A program made the position numbers and the translations under genes. From the NCBI GenBank assembly GCA_951406725.2, contig OX597822.1, forward strand, positions 27,776,001 through 27,840,000: a DNA stretch of 64,000 nt, in the 5' to 3' direction. Origin of the DNA: Octopus vulgaris (taxonomy: Eukaryota). This document shows, piece after piece, positions 28,199 through 40,756 of the stretch. How positions within the stretch are numbered: position 1 is the first letter of the stretch; each line of letters begins with the position of its first letter. A model generated the notes under the pieces. The model made no database searches. It had not been told where the DNA came from and was given only the letters and a program-made list of their open reading frames with translations.

Positions 28199-28241
28199 TC
28201 CTTCTTCTTTCTCGTCTTCTTTCTTTTCTTCTTTTCTCTTC
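27689..28241. repeat. Complex (TTC)n polypyrimidine tract
   Basis: About 550 bp that is nearly all C/T on the plus strand, with the recurring variant TTTCTCTTATTCGTCTTC. Confidence 0.95.
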
Positions 28242-28936
28242 TGCTGTTGCTGCCTCCCCCGCTGCTATTGTTGTTGCTGTTGATGTTTCGCCTAAGGTCA
28301 GCTCTTATTCAGGAAACCTATGAACAAAAGCATTTCAGCTGCGATCACTTTGTAGGGTTTTATATTAGGAACATTTCCTTTTCCAATGAACCTTTTTCCG
28401 TAGTTAAGACATTGGGTTATGATTTGAGAGAAGGATTGTTTCTCGTTGGCTCTAGCAGAAATAGAAATCATGTTTACGCTAAGGCAACTACGGAAACATT
28501 GAATGATTTCCGGTATGTAATAACCATATTACGTACGGTTGAAGCCGTTACTAATGCTAAAAACAAAAGTTATTGATTTAAAACTCTGAATGCATCAGAG
28601 AAATCTTGCATCATTGTTGCAATGCAGTATAACTATCAAAAGCACGACAAAAGATAACCACACATATCGTAGATATGTCCGTGTTGGGGAATTTTATTTC
28701 CCACGCATTTACTTCTAGTTTCGATAGTTTCGATCTCTCTGTACGAAACCTTCCTAAAATGGCTGAACTATAGACTTGTATTGATCAATGTATTGTGAAT
28801 GAATTTCGCTGATAGAAACTGTGCAGAATTACTAGAATATATATATAAGTTAATGTACGCTATAGTAAATTAAGAGCCATTAATAGTTTCTTGCCATTAA
28901 GACACGTAGTTAGGTAGGTTTTTATAACGTGCCTTG

Positions 28937-29277
28937 TGAAGGCGCATGGCTCAGTGGTTAGAGCGTCGAGCTTACGCTCGTGAGGTTGTGAGCTCGAATC
29001 CCGGACCGGGCTGCGTTTTGTGTTCTTGAGCAAGACACTTTATTTCACGTTGCTCCAGTTAACTCAGCTGTAGAAATGAGTTGCGACGTCACAGGTGCCA
29101 AGCTGTATCGGCCCCTTTGCCTTTCCCTTGGATAACACTGGTGGCGTGGAGAGGGGAGGCCGGTATGCATGGGCGTCTGCTGGTCTTCCATAAACCACCT
29201 TGCCCAGACTTGTTACTAGGAGGGTAACTTTCTAGGTGCAATCCCATGGTCAGTGTCGTGACCGAAGGGGGTCTCAG
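28937..29277 (+). mobile_element. tRNA-derived SINE family E
   Basis: Head GGCGCATGGCTCAGTGGTTAGAGCG, B-box-like GCTCGAATCC, and TTGAGCAAGACACTT. A decayed paralog lies at 32175-32440. Confidence 0.8.
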
Positions 29278-29886
29278 ATCCCAGATGTGCCTCTAAGTAG
29301 TTTGTTTTTGTTTGAAAATAAAGGCGCTGGTACATGAGAAAGCATAAGAAAAAAGGAGAAGGTTGAAGCAAAACTTGGAATGAGAAGACATACTTGTATA
29401 CATACATCCATGTATGCATGCATCTATCTTCTTAATATTTCTCTCTTTCACTCCACCTCTCACATCCACTACCTAAATGAGTGACAGCATAATGCATCGG
29501 CTGGCTATATAATTATATTTCATCAATCTCTTTCTCTCTCTCTCTGTTCCTTTTTTCTTTCTCTCTCATTTCACCCCCTCCTCTTCTCCAAGAAACTAAA
29601 CCGTAAAGCATATATGAAAGTCTTTGTGAAACATTACTTGATACAGTTTTTAAGTGTAAAGGGGATTCAAAAAATAAAATTTTTAAGAAGTTATAAAATC
29701 TTTTATCAAGATGTTACTAATCTTTTTTGGAAGAAGTTTCTTTTTCCTTAATGTGTGTGTGCTTTCGACAACCTTTTCTATGTATGTATGTATGTATGCA
29801 TGTATGTATTTATGTATGTATGTATGTATGTATGTATGTATGTATGTATGCATGTATGTATGTATGTATGTATGTATGTATGTCAT

Positions 29887-30808
29887 TATTACCTCCGCCA
29901 AAGAAGGAGGTTATGTTTTCATCGGCGCTGGTTTGTCCGTCTGCGTGCAAAATAACTCAAAACGTTGTGAACGGTATTTGATTAAACTTGCAGGAAAAGT
30001 AGGTACTGACACAAGGAAAACATGACGAAATTTTGGTAGTGATCCGGGATTTTTTATGGATTCTTGAAGGATTTTTCATTTGTTATATTCACTTTATATG
30101 AAGTATTACAATGTTACGCTCTTAGATTATCTCCCTGAAAACACGTTCATCGTTTCAACGTAACCAATGTGGCGTTGCTGTTTCCAAAGTTTATTTTCGT
30201 TTCTCTATTAGTAATTTTACTCGCTTTGTATGTATGTATCACTCAAGCTTTAGGTAATTGTTGTTTCTTGTTAGTTGTCAATAACGTATTATAACTGCTT
30301 CATATGATTCCTGTTTTTAAAGTTTTTTCTTTTAAATTTAAAATCATATTTCATTTATGTATGCGCCCTCTTCAAGCCTAGCCAGGCTCATGGACCTGGT
30401 TTCCCGGTTTCTGTGACGTATGTGTTTCCCACAGCTGGACGAGACGCCAGTCTATCGCAGCGTTACTCAAGAAACAGGAAGAAAGAGTGAGAGAAAGTTG
30501 CGGCGAAAGAGTACAACAAGGGTCGCCACCACCCTCTGCCGTAGCCTCGTGGAGCTTTAGGTGTTTTCGCTCAATAAACACAAGCAACGCCCGGTCTGGG
30601 AATCGGAACCGCGAGTCCGGTGTCCTAACCACTGGGCCATTGCGCCTCCACTTAAAATCATATGGCTGTGTTATTTTTTTAACCCCGCCAAGAAGGTTAT
30701 GTTTTTGCCGGCGTTGGTTTGGGAAATTGGGCGATTTTCAGTATGCGTGTATATGGGTGGAAATGAGTTGCTTGGCGGAGGTCTGAGCTCTCCGAGTGCT
30801 TTTCTAGT
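29887..30808 (+). mobile_element. Non-autonomous Helentron/HINE (DINE-1-like) element
   Basis: 5' TTATTACCTCCGCCAA..GGAGGTTATG, subterminal inverted TTGGCGGAGGT (30772-30782), 3' hairpin GAGCTCTCCGAGTGC and a CTAGTT end. A second 5'-end copy lies at about 30675-30720. Confidence 0.7.
30350..30651 (-). mobile_element. SINE family C head with tail type 3, nested in the HINE
   Basis: 12 bp TSD TTAAAATCATAT at 30338-30349 and 30652-30663. Confidence 0.9.
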
Positions 30809-30928
30809 TCAGTTTATTTCAAGATATATTGCCAATAGAGAAAGAACCGGTTTCTAACCTAGATCGAAGGTTACTTCATTGGAATTTCAACATCAACAAC
30901 AGGATACGTATGCATGTAAGTATGTATG

Positions 30929-30962
<34 letters not shown>

Positions 30963-32174
30963 TGTATGTATGTATGTATGTATGTATGTATGTATGTATG
31001 TATGTATGTATGTGTGTGTGTGTGTGTATGTATGTATGTTTGTATGTATTATGTATGTATATATTATGTATGTACGTGTAGATTTGTATGTTTTATGCAT
31101 GTATTCTCATGCATAGATTTACATTTAAATGATAAACTTCTGGAAAATTTTACAGATTCTTTCAGTTCCAGTGATGAATTGGATCTGTAGCCATCAAATT
31201 AGCTTTCTCCTTTCTGGTTTTGAGAAGCGTAATTTCTCAAGATTGGTATTTAGGCAGTGTTACATATCCCAGGGCCCCAATAATTATAGGCTAAAACCTG
31301 AACTTCTAATCTGGATAGAGTAACTGTAGATTTCTCAATAGTTCAGCCTAGGGGTTCTCTTTTTCACTGATCCTCATCTTTATGTTAACAACGCTGGACC
31401 TATGTATGTTTGTATGTATGTATGTATGTATGTATGTATGTATGTATGTATGTATGTATGTATGTATGTATGTATGTACACACACATCTGTAAATATGCT
31501 TGTACCTATGTTTACATCTGCGCCACCGCTATATAGAACAACCTATTTTTCTGTTTTAGGCTGTATTCCTTTTTGTTCCATATCTGAAACTTTACGATAA
31601 AATAGTACTTGATAAAAGAAGGTCTCTGACTGAATATGTACTCGAGGGTGTGTAATTCCCATATCAATCTAAAAGGCCCGGCCCCAGCATTACTGTAATA
31701 CAATTACTGAGAACAGTATAATAATGAAGTAACAGATATATTGTTGCGGTTAATCGCTGGTAATATTTATTCCCGCATCAACGTGGATGTTCTAGAATAA
31801 ACTTTACGGCGGTAGATGCCATAAGAGAAACTCATATAGGTATTTGATGAAAAATTCACATTTGTTTATATAGATAAATCCCCACCAACATTAGCGCCCA
31901 GACCACCAATATATACTTTTTATAGAAATTACTTTAGTACGCCTAAGCTAAGTTATAAATATGATTTGCTATAGCCTTTTAGAATAGACAGAGGTCTGTA
32001 GGATGTTCGGGAGGTTTTCCAATTCTCCATGTTGTTGACCATGTCGAATAGAGATATGAAAATGTAAAAATAAAATAAGAATATGATGAGTGTAAGTAAT
32101 GACAGATATGTTAGTATGGGGGATGATAATGGTACATCCTAATCGATTAATTCACCACACAGTGTTTGAACGTC

Positions 32175-32440
32175 AGGGTGCATTGCCCAATGGCTAGAGC
32201 GTCGGGCTGACAATCATGAGTTAGTGAGTTCCATTCCCAGGCAAGGCTGTGCTCTTGAACAAGACACTTTATTTCACGTTGATCCAGAAATGTGTTACAA
32301 CGTTACTGGTGCCAAACTGTATCGACATTTCCCTTGGTTAATATCGGTGCCATTGAGAGGGGGTGGTATGAATGAGCGACTGTTGGTCTTCCATAAACAG
32401 CCTTGCTCTTACTTGTGCCTCGGAGGGAACTTTACCCTTT
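32175..32440 (+). mobile_element. Decayed SINE family E copy
   Basis: Colinear similarity to 28937-29230. Confidence 0.7.
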
Positions 32441-33599
32441 TAGTGTGTTAATAAACAAGCTCAGCATCATGATGAAATGGGAGTTTCAAGCGCGCAAGAA
32501 ATGTCGGTTGTTCTGACCTTTCATTTCACTAAGTTCGCTTACATTTATCAGTATAAAAGAAAGAATCGTTCGTTATGATTTCTCGTTTTATGAAATGTAT
32601 GATTATCTATCCCTTCTAGTAGAACAGGAAAAATCTTTTCACTGAATCAATAAAATTGCAAATATGTTAAACGAAGGCAGTTCGTTGGGTCGGAATAATA
32701 TTATGTAATTTTATACAACAATATTATGTAAATATCACACTTGGCGCATAAGTACCGGCCGAATGATATCCTTGCAGTTTATGTAGACAATTCGAACCAG
32801 ATGAGTGACGAAATCCGCTCTTGAGCTATTCAGATATGTACATCATATTAAATATACGATCCATGATATTTACGAAGGGCAGATTTCGATAAAGGCGAAG
32901 AAAATATAAATGGGTAACAGTAGAGGTACATGTGTCAATCCATTACGGCCGTTTCTAATGACACTTTTAACTGATTAATGAAAACATTATATCATTGTAA
33001 GGAAACCGTTTTTATTAGATGAATTTAGAAGTTAGCAGAATTTTTAGGAGGGTGAAGGAATAACACTTATCCAATGACACATTTATCTTTACTTCTCACA
33101 AGAGAGCAGGGTGCGGCTTCATTAGTCTATGTTTATCTATTAAAGAGTTGTTTAATGTCTATTGGTCAGTGTTACAAAATGATTTGTGGTCAGGTCAACC
33201 CACTATATTATCAAAGTCAACAAGAAAGTAAGGGATAGGGGAGAGACGAAAAGACAAAAGAAAGAAAAAAGAAAGCAAGAAAGAAAGAAAGATAGAAAAA
33301 AGAAAGGAAAAAAGCTGGCCAACCGTTACTAAATACCATAACATTAATAGAGGAATATTTTGAAAGATAGTGAAATATGGGTTAAACTGTGACTGGAATT
33401 CATTGCATGGAATTAAGACTAATCTGCTACAACTAAATAGAGATGCAAAATTATAGCAATGAGAGAAATTGAAAATTAAAGATAGGTAAATAATTAAAAG
33501 ATACTTAAAATTATAGTAAAAAGACGTACTTTAAGATATAAAAGTGATAAAGAAATTGAAACTTTAAAATAATATAGAGTATATAAATAACGATTTCAA

Positions 33600-33966
33600 A
33601 TTTCAAAGTCCAGCCTGAGGGAGGGGCTGAAGTCGATTACATCGACACCAAGGCGTAACTTTTACTTATTTAATCAACCCCTAAGGATGAAAGGCAAAGT
33701 CGGCTTCGGTGGAATTTGAACTCAAAACGTAAAGACGGACGAAATAACTATTTCTTTACTACCCACAGAGGAGACAAACAAGGACAGACAAATGGATTAA
33801 GTCGATTATATTGACCCCAGTGCGTAACTGGTATTTATTTAATCGACCCCGAAAGGATGAAAGGCAAAGTCGACATCGGCGGAATTTGAACTCAGAACGT
33901 AGCGACAGACGAAATACTGCTAGGCATTTCGCCCAATGTGCTAGCGATTCTGCCAGATCGCTGCCT
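33600..33966 (-). mobile_element. OK-type SINE dimer
   Basis: Two cores joined at GACGAAATAA|CTATTTCTTTACTACCCAC (about 33748). Confidence 0.88.
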
Positions 33967-34009
33967 TCTCCAGAAGATAAATAATTTTAGGGTAAAGATG
34001 AAGATATAT

Positions 34010-34408
34010 TCTTTTACTTGTTTCAGTCATTTAACTGCGGCCATGCTGGAGTACCGCCTTTAGTCGAGCAAATCAACCGCAGGACTTATTCTTTGTAAGC
34101 CTAGTACTTACTCTATCGGTGTCTTTTGCCGAACCGCTAATTTACGGGGACGTAAACACACCACCATCGGTTGTCAATTGTTGTTGGGGGGGGGGGGGCA
34201 AATACAAACACACAAATATACACACACAGACACATGCATTTATATATACATATACACGACGGGCTTCTTTCAGTTTCTGTCTACCAAATCCACTCACATG
34301 GCTTTGGTCGGCCCGAGGCAATAGTACAAGGTGACAGACAGTGGGAATGAACCCGACACTACGTGGTTTGTAGGCAAGCTACTTACCACACAGCCACTCC
34401 TGCGCCTA
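34010..34408 (-). mobile_element. Full-length SINE family B
   Basis: Head GGCGCAGGAGTGGCTGTGTGGTAAG at 34408 and tail GGCGGTACTCCAGCATGGCCGCAG..TGACTGAAAC. Confidence 0.9.
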
Positions 34409-35220
34409 TATATGGAATTTATAATAGAGATACCAATAAAATAACAGTAAAATGTTTTTTTGAACATACGCACCAAATACAGGAGGGTAACGATAAGACA
34501 TATTGAATATTAAGTATTAAATATAAGGTAAATAATTAAATATTATTGAAAATAGATAAAGAAGTGTATTCAGATATAAAAATTTAATGACTGAATTTTT
34601 TTTTAAATGTACAAGGTATATAAAAATATGTAAAAAGACAGAAATATATAAAAATTATAAAAATTATATGAATTATAAAACAGTTATTGATAAAAATAGA
34701 ATTAAAAATAAATGGATTATAAAATTAAAAACAAAAATAAAAGACTTTTATATTACACACAATAAATATAAAAGAATAAAGGACTTTTGATGTTATACGT
34801 TATAAGTAGGGAAAAATGAATGCTGATGTTATTAACAATAGTTGTATATAAAAATTTAGCTAAAAATAAACATAAGTTTTGGGACGAAAAATATAAATCC
34901 ACTAATTATAAAAGATATAAATATATTTTATATCAACCATATATAAAAGATACCAATCTTGGAAAGGGGTAGATATATATTATAATAATATCTAGGGTGG
35001 ATACACTACTGGATGAGTTAAGTTTAAATAATTGAATTATAATCTTATAATTAAACCTACGAATAATTATTTCATATTATAGATAATAGTCAACTTTCGT
35101 AAAAGGACTATAAATAGGATACATTAAACACTTGATTAAAATGGCTATAAATATATCTTTATGGGAGTAACAAGCAAGGTGAATCTTATTATATTAAAAT
35201 GATGGTGATTAAGGCAAAAA

Positions 35221-35651
35221 TGGATCTTTTCGGTTTGAACGGCAGTTTTTGACATAATTTCTAGGTAACTAAAATATTTTAAACTTCGTATACTGGTAGA
35301 ATTTGTTTATAAAACATCTTTTTTTCCTGGCTTTATTGAGAAAACTATAGTTTGTAAGACATTTGTCGTTTTTTTCTTCAATTTCTGCAATTTCAATCAA
35401 TCAATGACCGTCTGTTGGGGTGAAAACATTCTGTGTCGTATGAATATGTCCCTCGTTTAAGAAACAAATTGGGTTTATTTACATTTGTGAAGAAAAAAAT
35501 ATACCCTCCCCCCACTTCTAACCCTAACCCTAACTAACCCTAACCCAAAAACAGACTGAAATGTAATAGATCGATGCTAGGGTCATAATTATGGGTGACA
35601 ATTTCATATGACACCGCTAGAAAAAACTGCCGTTCAAACCTAAAAGATCCA
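35221..35651. mobile_element. MITE with 30 bp TIRs and internal (CCCTAA) repeats
   Basis: TGGATCTTTTCGGTTTGAACGGCAGTTTTT and its reverse complement (one mismatch) at 35622-35651. No coding capacity. Confidence 0.9.
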
Positions 35652-35929
35652 AAGCGCGTAATATTCCCGGTGGCTTACAATGTTACAAATGTAACAAAGG
35701 CAAGGGAGGAATAACTATATCCATATCGGTCAGCCACAGACTAATAGCTTATATCTAGTATTTATTAGAAAGGCAGGTTAGGACCTAACAAGTATAATCA
35801 GTTGCTTCGAGGGTCAGGCTGTTTTCTACCTCGAGCTGTTTGACAGCTTTGTTCGGTGGGTTTTTCCATGCTGTTCTGTCTTCAGCTAACATTTCCCAAG
35901 TGTTTGCATCTATGTGGTACTATACATAG

Positions 35930-36150
35930 GAGAAGTGAAGAACCTCAATGTTTTTCATCTGAGGAGACTGTGCAAAACCATGGCGTCACCTGGCAAGATA
36001 AAGTAAGCAACACAGAAGTTTTGAAACAGACAGCACATCCGAACATGAAAACGATTCTGTGCAAAAGGCGACTAAGATTGCTTCGACATGTGAAGCGGGT
36101 GGATGACAGCAGAATCTTTAACACGATTAGACAATAATACGGAGAACTAT
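35930..36150 (+). mobile_element. RTE-clade LINE fragment
   Basis: GVTWQDKVSNTEVLKQT..MKTILCKRRLRLLRHVKRVDDSRI matches the RTE W.D.VSN.EVL / RL.W.GHV.RM motif. Confidence 0.85.
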
Positions 36151-36623
36151 AAATTTTAAGTATTATAGTAGAAGCAAGAGTATTTATAGAGCATTTTATT
36201 TTCGTTGATCCCACTAGAAAACTATATATAAACATTTATTTGACAATAACCAGAAGCGTCGTATTCCCTCTTATAGAGTTAGGTAAAAACTAACTAAACA
36301 TAAAATTCATTATAATGCAAAGTATGAGTTTTGCCAAAATATTTTGCTAAAACTAGTCGGCTCTTTTTGTATTTAATTCAGAGAAAATTAAATACACTAG
36401 AGCAGATTAAAAATTAATTAATAATTAAAAACATTTAGCAGTTTAATTAATTGAAAACCACTATGAACAAGGATATAATGAACTTTAACCAATTAAAATG
36501 CTTTTGATGACAAAAATACGCCGAAGAAATGTACTCGGATCAATAAATTTTTTGTAAACAAAATCTGTGATCTGATTTCGTTGCCCGGCCTTCGTCATTT
36601 CATTTCACCTACATAACTTATGA

Positions 36624-36855
36624 GTGGAGGCGCATGGCTTAGTGGTTAGGTCAGCACCATGATCGTAAGATTCAGGTATCGATTCCTGGACCGAGCGACG
36701 CGTTGTGTTCTTCATTTCACGTTGCTCCAGTCCACTCAGTTGCCAAAAATGTGTAACGCTGCGATGGACTGGCGTCCCGTCCAGCTGGGGAACACAAACG
36801 CCATAGAAACCGGGCCCATGAGCCTGGCTAGGCTTTAAATGGGCGCATTTTATTT
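36624..36855 (+). mobile_element. SINE family D (OR-type) with tail type 3
   Basis: Head TGGAGGCGCATGGCTTAGTGGTTAG and tail GAGCCTGGCTAGGCTTTAAATGGGCGCAT. Confidence 0.85.
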
Positions 36856-38641
36856 TTATTACATAGCTTATGTGAAGAACGTGCCCTAATTGTTAGAATG
36901 TTCAGCTCATGGTCAAAAGGTCGTGGGTTCAATTCCCAGAACAGTCTGCGTGATATATTTTTGAGCAAACCACTTCATTTCACGTTGCTTGAATCTTCCC
37001 AGCAGTAAGGTGCCCCATCACTCTATTTTTCTCCATCAGACACAACCGAGATGTTCAGCTGGGTCACGGACAACGTGGGTCTAGGAACCAGTTATATCTC
37101 TCTGTAACTCAGACATTGAAAGCAATCTGTGAAGGCATCGTTTCAAAGTCATACGCGCTCGCACGTGATAGTTGCTCATAATCTTGCTTTTATAGCTAGT
37201 TGTGACGATTTGACTTCTCTCTTACCCACGTTTCTTTCTGAACCATGTTTTTGCTTATCCCCATATGGGCTCTGACAAAGCACACTTATGCTCAATGGGC
37301 ATTTCAGCTATGACTATCCCCGCATTCCTTTTTTTTCTTTCAATTTTGTTTAAGATACAAGATATCTTGGATCACAATATCATTTTTAAAAAATATATAT
37401 AGGGCTCAGTATGATGTAAAATATATTTGGTTAGTATTTCTAGATCAAATGACCATATAGAAAGCACTCTTGTTTGCTCCTGAAGACAACGTTTGTTCAT
37501 CTGAGTCGTTTAGCTACATTTATTACTAGGAATTTAGCGAAAGCGAACTCACATTCGCTATGTTTTCTTTGATTCGACACTTCTACTAATAAAGATTATT
37601 AATCTTAAAATGACATCACTAACAACTTTAATGAAAAAAGACGAACACCATATACGTTATTATTGCTTTTATTGGAAAACTAAGACCGTGTGTGTGTGTG
37701 AGAGAGAAATCAATTTATAATCTCATTTTGAATGACGTTATTACCGTCCTCATACATGTGGTCATCATTAAACTGCTCAATCTGTTACAAGTGAACGTTA
37801 TTAAGCCGATATTGCATTATAGGGGACGCAGACCTTATGTATGTTGAGCTATTATCTTATTAACGATCTCTATACAACCACATAAATCTATTTATCTATT
37901 TGGAAAGTTTGCAGATAATTTATATATTGATGATATGTATACTTTGTTGTGGTTGTGTATGAATGTATGCATACGTGTTTAAATTTTCATGTGGCATACT
38001 GCGAATGTGTCTGTTTTTATGTATGCATGTGTGTATGTGTGTGTGCATGGATGTCTGTTATTCACTGCATGTATGCATATGTGAACGTTTTCTATTCTAT
38101 TCTAAGAAATCAATCAATTTGGCTATATTACAAGTGATATACAATCGGCTTTGAGCTTTTAACCTCTTGACGTCATCAACTGCCTCCAGACATTGAATGA
38201 CGTCAGAATGCTTTGAGAGACTACTTTCGAAAAGGTAATCAATTAAAATGGTACCTTCTGGACGGTAACCTTCGCGACCAGATATAAACTGAAGACAATA
38301 GGGCTATAATAGATGCAAACACATGCCTAACAACGCCAGCTGTCCTAAACATGAATATCTTAACGTTTGCAAGTTTCGTTCATTATAATTTGAGATAAAA
38401 TTAGATAATGATATGCAAGTAGTAATTTTCACTAACAAATATATTCAGTTTTTAATCTTTAAATGCAACAATATACGTAGACTTAGTTTATTTCATTTAC
38501 TTGGTAGTACTTGCTAATCAGTACAAAATCCATGAAAACATTAGCCTTCCAGTAGGAATAATCGATGCTTTCACACTAGTACATATGTAAACGCAGTAGC
38601 TTTTCCTTTTGTATAATAATCTGATACTAAAACTATTGTAA

Positions 38642-39190
38642 GTGGAGGCGCGTGGCTTAGTGGTTAGGGTGTCAGCATCATGATCGTAAGATTGTGGTTT
38701 CGATTTCTGGACCGCGCGACGCGTTGTGCTCCTGAGCAAAACACTTCATTTCATGTTGCTCCAGTCCACTCAACTGGCAAACATGAGTAACGCTGCGATG
38801 GACTGGCATCCCGTCCAGCTGGGGAACACATACGCCATTGAAACCGGGAAACCGGGTCCATGAGCCTGGCTAGGCTTTAAAAGGGCGCATTTATTATTGT
38901 GGGGGCACAATGACCCAGTGGTTAGAGTAGCGGACTCGCAGTTTCGATTCCCAGACCGGGCGTTGTGTGTGTTTATTGAGCGAAAACACTTAAAGCTCCA
39001 CGAGTCTCCGGCAGGGGGTGGTGGCGACCCATGTTCTACTCTTTCGCCCCCACTTTCTCTCACTGTCTTCCTGTTTCTTGAGTAACGCTGCGACGGACTT
39101 ACATCCCGTCCAGCTGGGGGGAACACATACGCCACAGAAACCGGACCCATGAGCCTGTCGAGGCTTGAAAAGGGCGCATAAATAAATTTT
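38642..39190 (+). mobile_element. Tandem SINE D plus SINE C, both with tail type 3
   Basis: Two head-to-tail units (38642-38890 and 38899-39185). TATTGTAA flanks the pair. Confidence 0.88.
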
Positions 39191-39874
39191 TAAAAATATT
39201 GTAATACTAATGACTTGTTTTTGTCGTTGTATAAAGCATCAAGTCAGCACTGTTTTTAGGCAGTTCTGAGATGAAAAGGTACACAACTTGGATATCTCAC
39301 TGTCTTTATTTTTTGGGGGTTTTTTTTGGGGGGGGGGAGGTTACAGGAAAAATGTACTTCACACTAAATTATTTAATGCGTATTTTTTGTACCATAAAAT
39401 GTGGTATGCAGATTTGGTTAGTATTCCCAGCAGATCGAGTGACTACGTGAATAATGCCTGTTTAGATTCTTATTTAAGATGTTAACTGTAAAGATGAAAG
39501 AATTTTTTGTCAGTCTTGTCAATGAGTATTTCAGGTATTTACTAAATAATGGATCTGCGTACCCAATATATCATTATATAATTGGTTCTGCTTACAAAGC
39601 AATTTATACTATTAACATATTATTCATACCGACTCAGCGGGCCAGGAACACAGTATGTAACATGATTATTTACACACAGGCGTGAATGAGTACAAGTCTT
39701 TATGTATGTAATTGTTCTTCATCGCAACTTGAAAACTGGTGTTGGTTTGTTTGCGCCCACGTAACTAACAAGTTGAACAAAAGAGATCGAGCTAAAAATA
39801 TAAACATTGGGGTCGATTTGTTCGACTAGACCCTACAGGGATGTGCCCCAGGTTGGCCACAATACATATATACA

Positions 39875-39947
<73 letters not shown>

Positions 39948-39959
39948 TGTGTGTGTGTA

Positions 39960-40163
39960 GTGGAGGTGCGTGGCTTAGTGGTTAAGGCGATGGATTCATG
40001 ATCGTAAGATTTTAGTTTCGGTTTCTGGATCGAGCGATCCATTGAATTCTTGAACAAAGCAATTCATTCCAAGTACTCCAGTCTACTCAGCTGACAAAAA
40101 TTAGTCATCCTGCGACGGATTGGCGTCCTGTCATGGGAGGGGACAATATATGCGCCACGGAAA
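39960..40163 (+). mobile_element. Decayed SINE family D
   Basis: Head TGGAGGTGCGTGGCTTAGTGGTTAAG after (TG)n; truncated at (TA)n. Confidence 0.75.
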
Positions 40164-40185
40164 ATGTATATATATATATATATAT

Positions 40186-40235
40186 GAAGATCCTTCACGA
40201 GCAACATAGATACATGTTGCTCGTGAAGGATCTTC
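40186..40235. repeat. Fold-back hairpin (22 bp perfect arms, 6 nt loop) inside (TA)n
   Basis: GAAGATCCTTCACGAGCAACAT agatac ATGTTGCTCGTGAAGGATCTTC. Confidence 0.95.
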
Positions 40236-40537
40236 ATATATATATACTTAATATTTATTCCTCATATATTCTGCGATATAGTTATATTAATTGCTTTAAG
40301 TGTAATTAAGAATGTAATCATCGGCATTAATTGTATGCATAGATACATGATATATCACATTACCTGGTTTTATTGACGCGTATGTATATGAAATCGATAA
40401 ATTTACATTTTGTAATGTTTATCCCGGCAGACGAAGCCGATGGCTACACTACTTCGAAAGCAACAGTTTCGCTCATACATGATCGTACTATGGAATGAGT
40501 GTGTGTGTGTGTGCGTGTGCGGGATTTTGGTGAGAAT

Positions 40538-40756
40538 AATGCGTTAATATTTCGTTTTTGGATTTGGTTTGCAAGATTCTTTATTTGAGTTCGTGTGTTG
40601 AAGCATATTCTGTTGTGTCTGGGGAGAGTCATTTTCTTTTTGCACACTCACCGGTAAAATTTCCACTTGTTTCTTTTTTTTTTTTTTTTTAAAGGCACAT
40701 TATAAGGCACAAAAAGAAAATGACTCTCCCCAGACACAACAGAAAATGCGTTAATA
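40538..40756. mobile_element. Short insertion with 12 bp flanking duplication and internal 35 bp inversion
   Basis: AATGCGTTAATA at 40538-40549 and 40745-40756. The segment 40608-40642 is the exact reverse complement of 40710-40744. Confidence 0.75.

Larger units (their letters stand above)
29884..31399 (-). mobile_element. R4/Dong-like RLE retrotransposon 3' fragment interrupted by nested insertions
   Basis: Minus 31399-31130 reads VNIKMRISEKENP*AELLRNLQLLYPD*KFRF*PIIIGALGYV...ICKIFQKFII*. The 3' UTR runs to 30808 and its last bases resume at about 29884. (TATG)n lies on both sides. Confidence 0.85.
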
